A DNA stretch of 62,217 nt from an uncultured Bacilli bacterium (GCA_910586295.1 CAJUGE010000090.1:1-62217), one strand, 5' to 3'. Shown: positions 9,335-20,043, numbered from the stretch's first letter. Notes: generated by a model not told the origin, from the letters alone. Program-made: numbers and translations.

Positions 9335-9694
9335 ATGGAAAAATTAAATTTAACTATCTTAAATGGTACTTTACTAAGTAGAGAAGAACATAAAGATACT
9401 CTTGTATATAAAATAAATACAGAAGAAGGGGTAAAAGAATTTAACTCTTACTATTATGGGCATTCTGATATTTTCTTAACTGAACATAAAGATGAAAAAT
9501 TTTATTTAATAACAGATGGTTTTTCCCCATTAGCGCTTAGAAGTCTAGATGGAATAACAAAATTTATATTAAATCCAACAAAATTAATGGACAATGATGT
9601 ATACTTGTTTAACAAGTATCGAATTACAAGAGAAAAACTGATAAGTTTAATAAATGAAGAATTTAGAAGCAAAAAATTAGAAAGAAGAAAGTAA
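9335..9694 (+). CDS. Hypothetical protein, small-paralog family member C
   Basis: Starts 1 nt after member B. FYLITDGFSPLALRSLDGITKFILNP...VYLFNKYRITREKL has the same layout as A, B and D. Confidence 0.55.
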   Translation: MEKLNLTILNGTLLSREEHKDTLVYKINTEEGVKEFNSYYYGHSDIFLTEHKDEKFYLITDGFSPLALRSLDGITKFILNPTKLMDNDVYLFNKYRITREKLISLINEEFRSKKLERRK

Positions 9695-9748
9695 AACTTT
9701 AAAAGTTAGAATAAATATGTTAATATATTCCGCAGGGAAGTGATTAAC

Positions 9749-10147
9749 ATGGTTAAAAATATATCAAATATAGAAATAAATAAAAATGAAATGCTAGAAC
9801 CATCGATAAATGGAAATGGATTTGTAAGTATCGCATTAAGTGGAGAAGAAGAAATTTGGAAAGTGATTTTTTATAGAATCGGAAGTAGAGAAGATGAATT
9901 TATACGCAAAAATTATGAAGAAATTGAGAACAGTATAATTTTTACTATTGTAGATGATACATCTTTAATAGGTTATGCTACACAAACAGGTGAGTCATTG
10001 ATACTAAATTCATCTGTGAACTATGAAAAAAAAGGAATTTTAACTCCAAATCAAGCATATTTGAAAGATATGTATGGAATAAGTGAAGAAGAGTTAAAAG
10101 AACTTATAAAAGAGGCAGTCGAGAATGAACTAGTACTAAGGAAATAA
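9749..10147 (+). CDS. Hypothetical protein, small-paralog family member D
   Basis: IVDDTSLIGYATQTGESLILNSSVNYEKKGILTPNQAYLKDMYGISEEEL aligns with member B. ATG 9749 has the SD agggaag. Confidence 0.55.
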   Translation: MVKNISNIEINKNEMLEPSINGNGFVSIALSGEEEIWKVIFYRIGSREDEFIRKNYEEIENSIIFTIVDDTSLIGYATQTGESLILNSSVNYEKKGILTPNQAYLKDMYGISEEELKELIKEAVENELVLRK

Positions 10148-10162
10148 AATTGTCACAAATAA

Positions 10163-10363
10163 ATGAATCCTTGCATATGTTTAATAAGTAAAGAGGAACT
10201 TTTTAAAAACATTAACATTTTTAAAGTGATTTTAAGAATAGAATGTTTTGGAATTAGTACGCATGAATTTGTTTTTTTCGACAAAGAATTTGGGTTTCAA
10301 ATAGTTGAAACTAAATACTATGATAAATTAGAATTTATTAGGTTTAAAGTCATTAGAAGGTAA
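10163..10363 (+). CDS. Small ORF; possibly the front part of a frameshifted fifth family copy
   Basis: 66-codon ORF. Another frame then reads (G)KLFLNEINLTESDLEKDEFIKLLK* up to 10435, resembling the family's C-terminal motif. Confidence 0.25.
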   Translation: MNPCICLISKEELFKNINIFKVILRIECFGISTHEFVFFDKEFGFQIVETKYYDKLEFIRFKVIRR

Positions 10364-10482
10364 ATTATTCTTAAATGAAATTAACTTAACAGAAAGTGAT
10401 TTAGAAAAAGATGAATTTATAAAACTATTAAAATAAGATTAAGACTACCAAAAAATTAAGGTAGTTTTAAAAAAAATAAAAA

Positions 10483-10509
10483 TTAGCACTCATATCTTGA
10501 CAATGCTAA
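10483..10509. promoter_or_regulatory. CIRCE operator 1 (HrcA binding site), imperfect
   Basis: TTAGCACTC-N9-CAATGCTAA compared with the consensus TTAGCACTC-N9-GAGTGCTAA. It overlaps the -35 box. Confidence 0.75.
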
Positions 10510-10525
10510 TGCATAATATTATAAT
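10497..10525 (+). promoter_or_regulatory. Sigma-A promoter of the hrcA-grpE-dnaK-dnaJ operon
   Basis: TTGACA (10497-10502), 17-nt spacer, TATAAT (10520-10525). Confidence 0.75.
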
Positions 10526-10529
10526 GTAT

Positions 10530-10556
10530 ATAGCACTTGAGAAATTAGAGTGCTAA
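10530..10556. promoter_or_regulatory. CIRCE operator 2
   Basis: ATAGCACTT-N9-GAGTGCTAA, immediately downstream of the -10 box and abutting the hrcA SD. Confidence 0.8.
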
Positions 10557-10570
10557 GAGGAGGTATGTAT

Positions 10571-11569
10571 ATGCTAGGAGAAAGACAGAGATTAATTTTA
10601 AAAGCCATAATTGAAGAATACATTAAAACCGCAAGACCTGTAAGTTCAAAAAGTTTATGTAAAAAATTTAAAGTATCTAGTGCGACAATAAGAAACGACA
10701 TGCTAGACCTTGAAAATCTAGGATACTTGGAAAAGCAACATATCTCATCAGGAAGAATTCCTTCAGAAGCAGGATACCGTTATTATGTAGATGACTTAAT
10801 GGAACCAAAGAAGATAAGTGGAGAAGATATGTTAAAACTTCAAACTATATTTTCTAATAATAGCTTGGATTTAAACGGTGCGATTGAGAAAAGTCTTGAG
10901 ATAATTAGCGATATTACTAATTATACATCAGTAGTATTAGGTTCTGCTTCAAAAGATAACTTGTTGCAAAAAGTAGAAGTTATTCCGATTTCTAGTAATA
11001 CGTTGGTGGCAATAGTCATAACAGATAAAGGCCATGTAGAGAACAAACAAGTTACACTTCCTAATACAGTGGATATAAAAGAAGTACAGAAAACTAGTGA
11101 GCTTCTAAATAAAATGTTATTTGGGACTCCGCTAAACGATGTACCGTCTAGACTTGAATTTGAAATAAAGCCTATAATAGGTAATTATGTAAAGAATTAC
11201 GAGGTTTTATATGATGCGTTTTATAAAGCATTAAGTAATATTCAAGGTGAACAAGATGTACACTGGGGTGGGAAAACTAATATATTAAATCAACCAGAAT
11301 TTAGTACAGTCGATGATGTAAAAAATATCATAAGTAAATTTGAAAGCAAAGAAATAGTGAATAAAATTGAAGAGACTGATAATGAGGTTAAAGTATATAT
11401 TGGAACTGAAAGTGCCCTAGATGATAACGTTACTGTAATAAAAACAAAATATAACACTGGTTCAAATGAAGGAACATTAGCCATAATCGGACCTAAAAGA
11501 ATGGACTATGAAAGAGTTCTAACCATGTTAGAGTACATAAAAGGCGAGATAGAAAAGAAAGGTGATTAG
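10571..11569 (+). CDS. hrcA: Heat-inducible transcription repressor HrcA
   Basis: The N-terminal winged helix (ERQRLILKAIIEEYIKTARPVSSKSL) is typical of HrcA, and the gene sits in the classic operon position. ATG 10571 lies 8 nt after AGGAGG. Confidence 0.9.
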   Translation: MLGERQRLILKAIIEEYIKTARPVSSKSLCKKFKVSSATIRNDMLDLENLGYLEKQHISSGRIPSEAGYRYYVDDLMEPKKISGEDMLKLQTIFSNNSLDLNGAIEKSLEIISDITNYTSVVLGSASKDNLLQKVEVIPISSNTLVAIVITDKGHVENKQVTLPNTVDIKEVQKTSELLNKMLFGTPLNDVPSRLEFEIKPIIGNYVKNYEVLYDAFYKALSNIQGEQDVHWGGKTNILNQPEFSTVDDVKNIISKFESKEIVNKIEETDNEVKVYIGTESALDDNVTVIKTKYNTGSNEGTLAIIGPKRMDYERVLTMLEYIKGEIEKKGD

Positions 11570-11571
11570 AA

Positions 11572-13955
<2,384 letters not shown>

Positions 13956-13971
13956 CTAAAGTTTAAAATAT

Positions 13972-13998
13972 AGGGGCTTACTTGTCTTTTAAGCCCCT
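13972..13998 (+). terminator. Intercistronic hairpin between dnaK and dnaJ (possible partial terminator or processing site)
   Basis: aggggctta / taagcccct 9-bp stem, but no clean T-run follows. Confidence 0.4.
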
Positions 13999-14020
13999 TA
14001 ATATTTGTTAGGAGGAACTA

Positions 14021-15157
14021 ATGAACAAAAGAGATTACTACGAAGTATTAGGCATAGAAAAAGGTGCAAGTGAATCTGAAATAAAGAGTGCTTTTAGAAA
14101 ACTAGCAAAAAAGTATCATCCAGATGTATGTAAAGATGCTGATGGTGCAGAAAAATTTAAAGAAGCACAGGAAGCCTATGCAGTACTAAGTGATGCTAAT
14201 GAACGTGCTAAATATGATAAATATGGACATGCTGCATTTAATGGTGGAGGTGCTGGTTCTGCAGGCGGTTACGACTTTAGTGGATTTGACTTTTCAAGTA
14301 TATTTGATGAAGTATTTGGTGGCGGAGACTTTAGTGGCTTTGGCTTTGGCAATGGATTTGGCGGATTCGGAGGAAATAGAAGAGGTGGAAGTAAACGAGG
14401 AAATGACCTTGTCTATAATATGAAAATAGACTTTGAAGATGCCGCTTATGGTGCAAAAAAAGACGTTACAATAGATGTTATAGATAAATGTGAAGAGTGT
14501 AATGGTGAAGGCGGTTTCGATAAAACTACTTGTAGTGAGTGCGGAGGAAGTGGAACTGTAACAGAACAGGTAAGGTCTTTTATAGGAACTATTATGACAA
14601 AAACTACTTGTCACAAATGTGGTGGTTCTGGGCACACTTTCAAAACAACATGCTCATCTTGCCGTGGAAAAGGTAAAGTAAAACAAAGGAAAACTTTCAC
14701 AGTTGAAGTTCCAAAAGGAATAAACACTGGAGAACAAATAAGAATGACTGGAAAAGGTGAAGCGGGAGTAGGAAGTGCTTCTAATGGAGACTTATACATA
14801 GAATTTGAAGTGAAAAATCATAAATTATTTAAAAGAGAAAATGATGATTTATATTTAGATTTACCAGTCACATTAACAGATTTGGTTTTGGGTGGCACAA
14901 AAACAATAAACACCCTAGATGGTACTATAGAGTTAAAAATATCTGCTGGTTCTCAACCAAATGAAACTCTACGTGTTAGAGGAAAAGGAATGCCAAATGT
15001 GCATAATGGGCGTCCAGGAGACTTATATATAACGCTTAATTTAATACTTCCTACAAAATTAAATAGAACTCAAAAGGATTTGTTTAATGAATTATCTAAA
15101 ACAGAATTAGATGACAACGAAGCATTTAAACGTTTTGAAAAATTAAATAGAGATTAA
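14021..15157 (+). CDS. dnaJ: Molecular chaperone DnaJ
   Basis: J-domain with HPD (KKYHPDV), a G/F-rich linker, and four CxxCxGxG zinc-finger repeats. Confidence 0.95.
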   Translation: MNKRDYYEVLGIEKGASESEIKSAFRKLAKKYHPDVCKDADGAEKFKEAQEAYAVLSDANERAKYDKYGHAAFNGGGAGSAGGYDFSGFDFSSIFDEVFGGGDFSGFGFGNGFGGFGGNRRGGSKRGNDLVYNMKIDFEDAAYGAKKDVTIDVIDKCEECNGEGGFDKTTCSECGGSGTVTEQVRSFIGTIMTKTTCHKCGGSGHTFKTTCSSCRGKGKVKQRKTFTVEVPKGINTGEQIRMTGKGEAGVGSASNGDLYIEFEVKNHKLFKRENDDLYLDLPVTLTDLVLGGTKTINTLDGTIELKISAGSQPNETLRVRGKGMPNVHNGRPGDLYITLNLILPTKLNRTQKDLFNELSKTELDDNEAFKRFEKLNRD

Positions 15158-15218
15158 ATAATTCTATTGATTTTTATGTAAATTATGATATTATTATAAC
15201 AGTAGGAGGAAAAATAAA

Positions 15219-15683
15219 ATGAAAAAGATTATTTATGCAGTTATGGTACTAGGTGTAGCATTCTTAATAAGTGGATGTGGAAACAAAAATATTGAAGGAA
15301 CACTTCCAGAGATAATGGAAAAATTATATGAAGGCATAAAAGAAGATGAAATGCCTATGATGACAGAAAATGTAGAATTAACAGATGAAATGCTACAAGG
15401 TTACTTTAATGAAGGCGCAAATGTAGACATTAAGTATAAAGAAGTATTAGCAAGTGAATCTATGGTGGGTTCTATGGCTCATACTGTAGTACTATTTAGA
15501 TTAGAAAGTGCAAGTGATGCTAAAGAAGTAGTAGAAGATATTAAGAAAAATGCTAATCCAAGAAAATGGATATGTGTAGAAGCAGAAAACACTTATGTAT
15601 TATCTAAAGGAGACTTAGTAGTACTAATAATGTCTAATGATTTAGCACCTAAAATCAAAGAAAACTTTGAAAATTTAAAATAA
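15219..15683 (+). CDS. Lipoprotein (possibly DUF4358-like)
   Basis: Signal peptide with lipobox LISGC. A small lipoprotein ahead of an MBOAT/DHHW pair is a recurrent arrangement in Clostridia-type genomes. Confidence 0.55.
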   Translation: MKKIIYAVMVLGVAFLISGCGNKNIEGTLPEIMEKLYEGIKEDEMPMMTENVELTDEMLQGYFNEGANVDIKYKEVLASESMVGSMAHTVVLFRLESASDAKEVVEDIKKNANPRKWICVEAENTYVLSKGDLVVLIMSNDLAPKIKENFENLK

Positions 15684-15701
15684 AAGGAGTGAAGAGATAA
15701 T

Positions 15702-17078
15702 ATGATATTTTCAAGCATAAGTTTTCTCTTCTTTTTTTTACCATTACTTTTATTAATTTACTACTTACTTCCTAAGAAAATTAGAAATTATGTTCTCTTA
15801 ATATTTAGTGTGATTTTCTATTTCTTTGGAGAAAAATGGTATGTAATATTATTAATTCTATCTTGCTTTATAAATTACATAATGGGTATTATAATTGAAA
15901 AAAAAGAGAGAAAAGCATATTTAGTATTAGGATTAATATTTAATCTTAGTTTGCTGATATATTTTAAATATACTAATTTTTTTATAGAAACATTTAATAA
16001 TATATTTAACATCAATATTAATACACTAAATATAATTTTACCACTAGGAATAAGTTTCTTTACATTTCAAAATATAAGTTATTTAATTGATGTATATAGA
16101 CACGATACTAAAAGTCAAAGAAACTTTTTAAAATATGCTACATATATAACACTATTTCCTCAGCTAGTCGCAGGGCCTATAGTAAGATACAAAGATGTAG
16201 AGAATGAACTAGAAACAAGAAAAGAAAGTATATCATTATTTAGTGAAGGAATAAAAAGATTTGTAATTGGGTTAGGTAAAAAAGTACTAATCGCAGATAC
16301 AATATATAATTTGTACTCTAGAATATTATTAAGTGAAATGTCAACTTTAACATATTGGTTAGTAGCAGTATTCTTTACATTACAAATATATTATGACTTC
16401 TCTGGCTATAGTGACATGGCAATTGGGCTAGGAAAAATGTTTGGATTTAACTTCAAAGAAAACTTTGCCCATCCACTAGTTAGTCCTAGTGTGACTATGT
16501 TTTGGAGACGTTGGCATATGTCGTTATCTAGTTTTTTTAGAGATTATATTTACATACCACTAGGAGGAAATCGGGTATCTAAGTTTAAGCATATAAGAAA
16601 TATATTTATTGTATGGTTTTTAACTGGTATGTGGCATGGAGCTTCTTGGAACTTTATTTTTTGGGGAATATACTTTTTTGTGTTTCTAATATTGGAAAAA
16701 TTTTTCTTATCAAAATATCTTAAAGGTGGATTATTAAGCTACATTTATACATTTATAATAGTAATTATAAGCTTTGTTATATTTAGTATAACTGACTTTA
16801 GTGAAATAATAATATTTTTAAAAGGAATGTTTGGAATAAATACAAATCTTATAAATGCACAAAGTGTTTACTATTTCAAAATAAGTTTAACTATACTAAT
16901 AATATCACTATTTGGAATGGGCACTTTAATACCTAACATCATAAATAAAATGAAGAAAGGAGGATTAAATAAAGTAATTGAATACTTAGAAGTGGCATTT
17001 ATAATTATAATACTAATCCTATCAGTCGCATGCATACTTTCAAGTACATTCACACCGTTTATTTACTTTAGATTTTGA
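15702..17078 (+). CDS. MBOAT-family membrane-bound O-acyltransferase (AlgI/DltB-like)
   Basis: Polytopic protein with MBOAT blocks (FWRRWHMSLSSFFRDYIYIPLGGNR; WFLTGMWHGASWNF, which carries the catalytic His). Confidence 0.85.
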   Translation: MIFSSISFLFFFLPLLLLIYYLLPKKIRNYVLLIFSVIFYFFGEKWYVILLILSCFINYIMGIIIEKKERKAYLVLGLIFNLSLLIYFKYTNFFIETFNNIFNININTLNIILPLGISFFTFQNISYLIDVYRHDTKSQRNFLKYATYITLFPQLVAGPIVRYKDVENELETRKESISLFSEGIKRFVIGLGKKVLIADTIYNLYSRILLSEMSTLTYWLVAVFFTLQIYYDFSGYSDMAIGLGKMFGFNFKENFAHPLVSPSVTMFWRRWHMSLSSFFRDYIYIPLGGNRVSKFKHIRNIFIVWFLTGMWHGASWNFIFWGIYFFVFLILEKFFLSKYLKGGLLSYIYTFIIVIISFVIFSITDFSEIIIFLKGMFGINTNLINAQSVYYFKISLTILIISLFGMGTLIPNIINKMKKGGLNKVIEYLEVAFIIIILILSVACILSSTFTPFIYFRF

Positions 17079-17079
17079 T

Positions 17080-18153
17080 ATGAAAGATAAAATATTGATA
17101 ATAGTATTTGTAATAATCTTATTTAGTTTTTCTTTAACTATAATACTTTCAGAATCTCAAGAAGTATCGAAATATGAAAGAAGAAAACTAACTACTTCTA
17201 ACGATTTGAAAGAGAACTTTACAGAAAATTTAGATGACTTCTTAAGCGACCAATTCCCACTTAGAGATACTTTAATTTCGCTGAGTTCTTTGTATGAAAG
17301 AGAAATACTAAACATAAAAGATAGTAAAAATGCTTATATATATAATAATGACTATATAATAGAAAAAACTTATCCATTAAATACAAGTAGTGTATCTAAC
17401 TATATAAAAAAAATAAATTATATAAATGATACATATTTAATAAATAACAAAGTATATCACTCAGTAATACCAGATAAGGCTTTCTTTCTAGATGGAGACT
17501 ACCTTAAATTAGACTATGACTACTTATTGGATACAGTAAAAAAGGGTGTACTAGCAGAGTACATAGATTTATCAAATTTCTTAAGGCTAGAAGACTACTA
17601 TAAAACAGATATTCATATAAAACAACCATCATATTTAAAAATAGTAAAAGAATTAAGTAGATTTTTAAACTTTAATTATGAAGATTATAAATATCAAATA
17701 CAGAGTTATAATACATTTTTAGGTTCTTCTTATTCTAAAGCTCCTATGTATAAAAATTATGATTCACTCGAATGGATGACAAGTGACTATATGAAGAATG
17801 TGAAAGTAAAACATTTGGAATTTAAAGATAGTAGTAGTATATATGAAGTAGATGAACTAGAAAGCATGGATTCTTATAATATATTCTTAAAAGGTCCTAG
17901 TTCTTTAATAGAGATAGAAAATTTTGAATCTCAAAATGATAAAGAGTTAGTAATCTTTAGGGATAGCTTTGCAAGTAGTTTAACTCCACTACTTATACCT
18001 TATTATAAAAAGATAATTTTAATAGATTTACGTTATATACGTATGGATTTAGTAAGCAATTATGTGAATTTTAAAGATAAAGATATTTTGTTTTTATACA
18101 GTACACTTATAATTAATAGTAGTGATTTGTTAAAGGTAAATAATTTTAAATAA
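17080..18153 (+). CDS. DHHW/AlgX-AlgJ-like extracytoplasmic protein, MBOAT partner
   Basis: N-terminal signal anchor, start overlapping the MBOAT stop (tgatATG). The size and the YKTDIHI motif sit at the position of the family's D-H-H-W motif. This is a weak assignment. Confidence 0.5.
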   Translation: MKDKILIIVFVIILFSFSLTIILSESQEVSKYERRKLTTSNDLKENFTENLDDFLSDQFPLRDTLISLSSLYEREILNIKDSKNAYIYNNDYIIEKTYPLNTSSVSNYIKKINYINDTYLINNKVYHSVIPDKAFFLDGDYLKLDYDYLLDTVKKGVLAEYIDLSNFLRLEDYYKTDIHIKQPSYLKIVKELSRFLNFNYEDYKYQIQSYNTFLGSSYSKAPMYKNYDSLEWMTSDYMKNVKVKHLEFKDSSSIYEVDELESMDSYNIFLKGPSSLIEIENFESQNDKELVIFRDSFASSLTPLLIPYYKKIILIDLRYIRMDLVSNYVNFKDKDILFLYSTLIINSSDLLKVNNFK

Positions 18154-18193
18154 CAAAAGATGACTTTTTATGGCAAAAATTTCAATATTGTAA

Positions 18194-18223
18194 TTGACAG
18201 TAACAACTGTAGTTTGGTATAAT
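18194..18223 (+). promoter_or_regulatory. Promoter of a candidate small RNA
   Basis: TTGACA (18194-18199), 18-nt spacer, extended -10 TGgTATAAT (18215-18223). Confidence 0.5.
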
Positions 18224-18229
18224 TTAATT

Positions 18230-18362
18230 GTTAGTAAAAATAACAAATTCCGACGTTAATTTTTACTATGATGAAAGTAAGAAGCAGATGTAAATCGTAT
18301 ATGAAGATTGATTAACCCTTACATTAAAATTAATCTTTGGCTTGTTTCTTACTTTCTTTTTT
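18230..18362 (+). ncRNA. Candidate structured small RNA or leader (class unknown)
   Basis: Hairpin agtaaaaat/atttttact. Long-range helix gaaagtaag+aagc (18273-18285) pairs with gctt..cttactttc (18340-18356), followed by TTTTTT. Crossing inner pairings atgtaa/ttacat and aagatt/aatctt. A second promoter-like site (TTGCGA..TGgTATTAT) lies downstream, before the CDS. Confidence 0.35.
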
Positions 18363-18434
18363 CTTTCAATAAAAGTTCTTCATAAGCTTGCGAACAATCT
18401 ATTTTTATGGTATTATGTTTGTGAGGTAATTGTA

Positions 18435-18968
18435 ATGGCAAATAGAGAAATAAGAAGAAAACAGAAAATTGATAATATAGTTAATGAAGTAGAAGAGATA
18501 AAATTAAGAGATTCAATAATTATAATTTTTGTAATTGGATTAGTAGTTATTATAGCTTATGGATTAACATTACTAGCAAGACATGTAGGACTATTTGATA
18601 TAAGGTATATAAAACCAGAAGTTAGTTCTGCAACAATAAATTATGAAAATATATTAGCTGGAACTATTTTTAGTAGAGAAGAAAACGAATATTATGTTAT
18701 GATAGGTAACTTTGAGAGTAATGAAAGTGTTTATTTGGGGAGTTTAGGACAGTTATATAAAAATAAAAGTGGTGATAAACTTCCAATTTATGCAGTGGAC
18801 TTAAGTGAAGGCTTAAATAAAATGATAATAAGTGATTCATCAAATTCAAGTGCGCAGACAGTATCGGATTTAAAAATAAATGGTCATACTTTAATAAAAG
18901 TCAGCGGTGGAAGAAATGTTAAATACATTGAAGGGGACGAAAACATAAAAATCGAGTTAGGTATATAA
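18435..18968 (+). CDS. Membrane-anchored hypothetical protein
   Basis: ATG 18435 with the SD gagg. Basic N-terminus, one TM (IIIIFVIGLVVIIAYGLTLLA), then a soluble domain of about 120 aa. Confidence 0.5.
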   Translation: MANREIRRKQKIDNIVNEVEEIKLRDSIIIIFVIGLVVIIAYGLTLLARHVGLFDIRYIKPEVSSATINYENILAGTIFSREENEYYVMIGNFESNESVYLGSLGQLYKNKSGDKLPIYAVDLSEGLNKMIISDSSNSSAQTVSDLKINGHTLIKVSGGRNVKYIEGDENIKIELGI

Positions 18969-19031
18969 AAATATGGTTCTCTGGATTCTGTTGTGAAGCA
19001 ATTTTCAAGGAACAATCCATAATTAAAGGAA

Positions 19032-19075
19032 AAAACAGGTATTTATAATATTCAAATTATTTTTACCTGTTTTTA
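19032..19075 (+). terminator. Rho-independent terminator
   Basis: aaaacaggta...tacctgtttt stem with an inner ataat/attat stem, followed by a T-run. Confidence 0.65.
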
Positions 19076-19310
19076 TATAATATGAAAGTTATGCTAAGAT
19101 AGACATGAGGCTCAGTTATAGAAAGAGACATAAATTTTAGTTTGAATTTAATATATGAAGGAATGAAGTTATTACTAGAAGTGTAAAAGGCGCTTTTAAA
19201 TATAGATAAAAAGATACCCTAGTGACTAGGAGAGTTTATGCCTTTAGAGGACGAGAGTTAGGTGAAGTAGGAAAAGAGTGAATTATTACGTAGTTTAATT
19301 TATTTTTGTT
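19070..19310 (+). mobile_element. Miniature, tnpB-less derivative of the IS200/IS605-type element (LE + RE/omega-RNA-like end, about 240 bp)
   Basis: 19070-19100 matches the LE-like sequence at 62059-62090 (tttttatataataNgaaagttatgctaaNat). 19224-19310 matches window nt 1-112. No ORF lies between them, and a remnant reading LGEFMPLEDES* parallels LGEFRPVEGEN at nt 3-35. Confidence 0.5.
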
Positions 19311-20043
19311 AATTTATATTGAAGTTGTTTAGATACTCTTTATAAGCTTTAATCTCAGTTGTTCTGTTGAACATTTTTAGCTTATACTTTTTATTTTTTT
19401 GTTTCATAATATTTTTAACAATATAATTAGTAAAATAAGGATTTCTTATATAAAATGGGCCTAGAAGATAAGTAGCATAGAAATTTTTATAAAGATAACC
19501 TTCTTTAGTTGCATTAGGAATTGAACCTGTACCATCAATTACTTTAAACAAAGGCTTATCTATACCATAAATAATACCAATTCGATTTTGAAAACCAATT
19601 ATCTTATCTTTAATTAATCTAGTCTTAAAAACTGAACTTCCTACAATCCTTATGCTTTCGTGAATTGTATAATAAGGAAAAATATCTAAAGCTTTGATAT
19701 TTTCTTTTTGTTCATTAATTATATAAGTGCCAAATAACTCTATAGAATTTCCAGTAATTAAAAAGTGTTTTCCTTTATTAATAGCTTTTTTTATGTCATC
19801 TTTATATTGTTTTATATCCTCTAAAACTAACATTTCACTATGCTCACTACCCATTCCTATATAAAATAAATCGTAAGAGTCAAAATCAATTTTATCGCCA
19901 ATAGTAAGAAAATGAATGTCACATTTAATATCTTGTCTTTCAATAAATCTCTTTAAAGCACGGACATTTCCATTCTCCCCATACAAATTCATTAAATCAT
20001 AATATAAATGTGCTATCTTAATTTTTGGCATTAATATCACCAT
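19309..20043 (-). CDS. gatD: Lipid II isoglutaminyl synthase, glutaminase subunit GatD (CobQ-type amidotransferase)
   Basis: Class-I glutamine-amidotransferase-like, about 240 aa, overlapping the end of murT. This is the characteristic murT-gatD pair. Confidence 0.75.
   Translation of the reverse strand: MVILMPKIKIAHLYYDLMNLYGENGNVRALKRFIERQDIKCDIHFLTIGDKIDFDSYDLFYIGMGSEHSEMLVLEDIKQYKDDIKKAINKGKHFLITGNSIELFGTYIINEQKENIKALDIFPYYTIHESIRIVGSSVFKTRLIKDKIIGFQNRIGIIYGIDKPLFKVIDGTGSIPNATKEGYLYKNFYATYLLGPFYIRNPYFTNYIVKNIMKQKNKKYKLKMFNRTTEIKAYKEYLNNFNIN

Noticed and set aside
18268-18292. The GAAGCAG string in the 18230-18362 RNA candidate recalled the SRP (4.5S/scRNA) domain IV motif GGAAGCAGC.
   Set aside because: The flanking sequence cannot form the conserved SRP helix 8 (no complementary 5' strand, no GNAR-loop context). 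The resemblance is limited to 7 nt.
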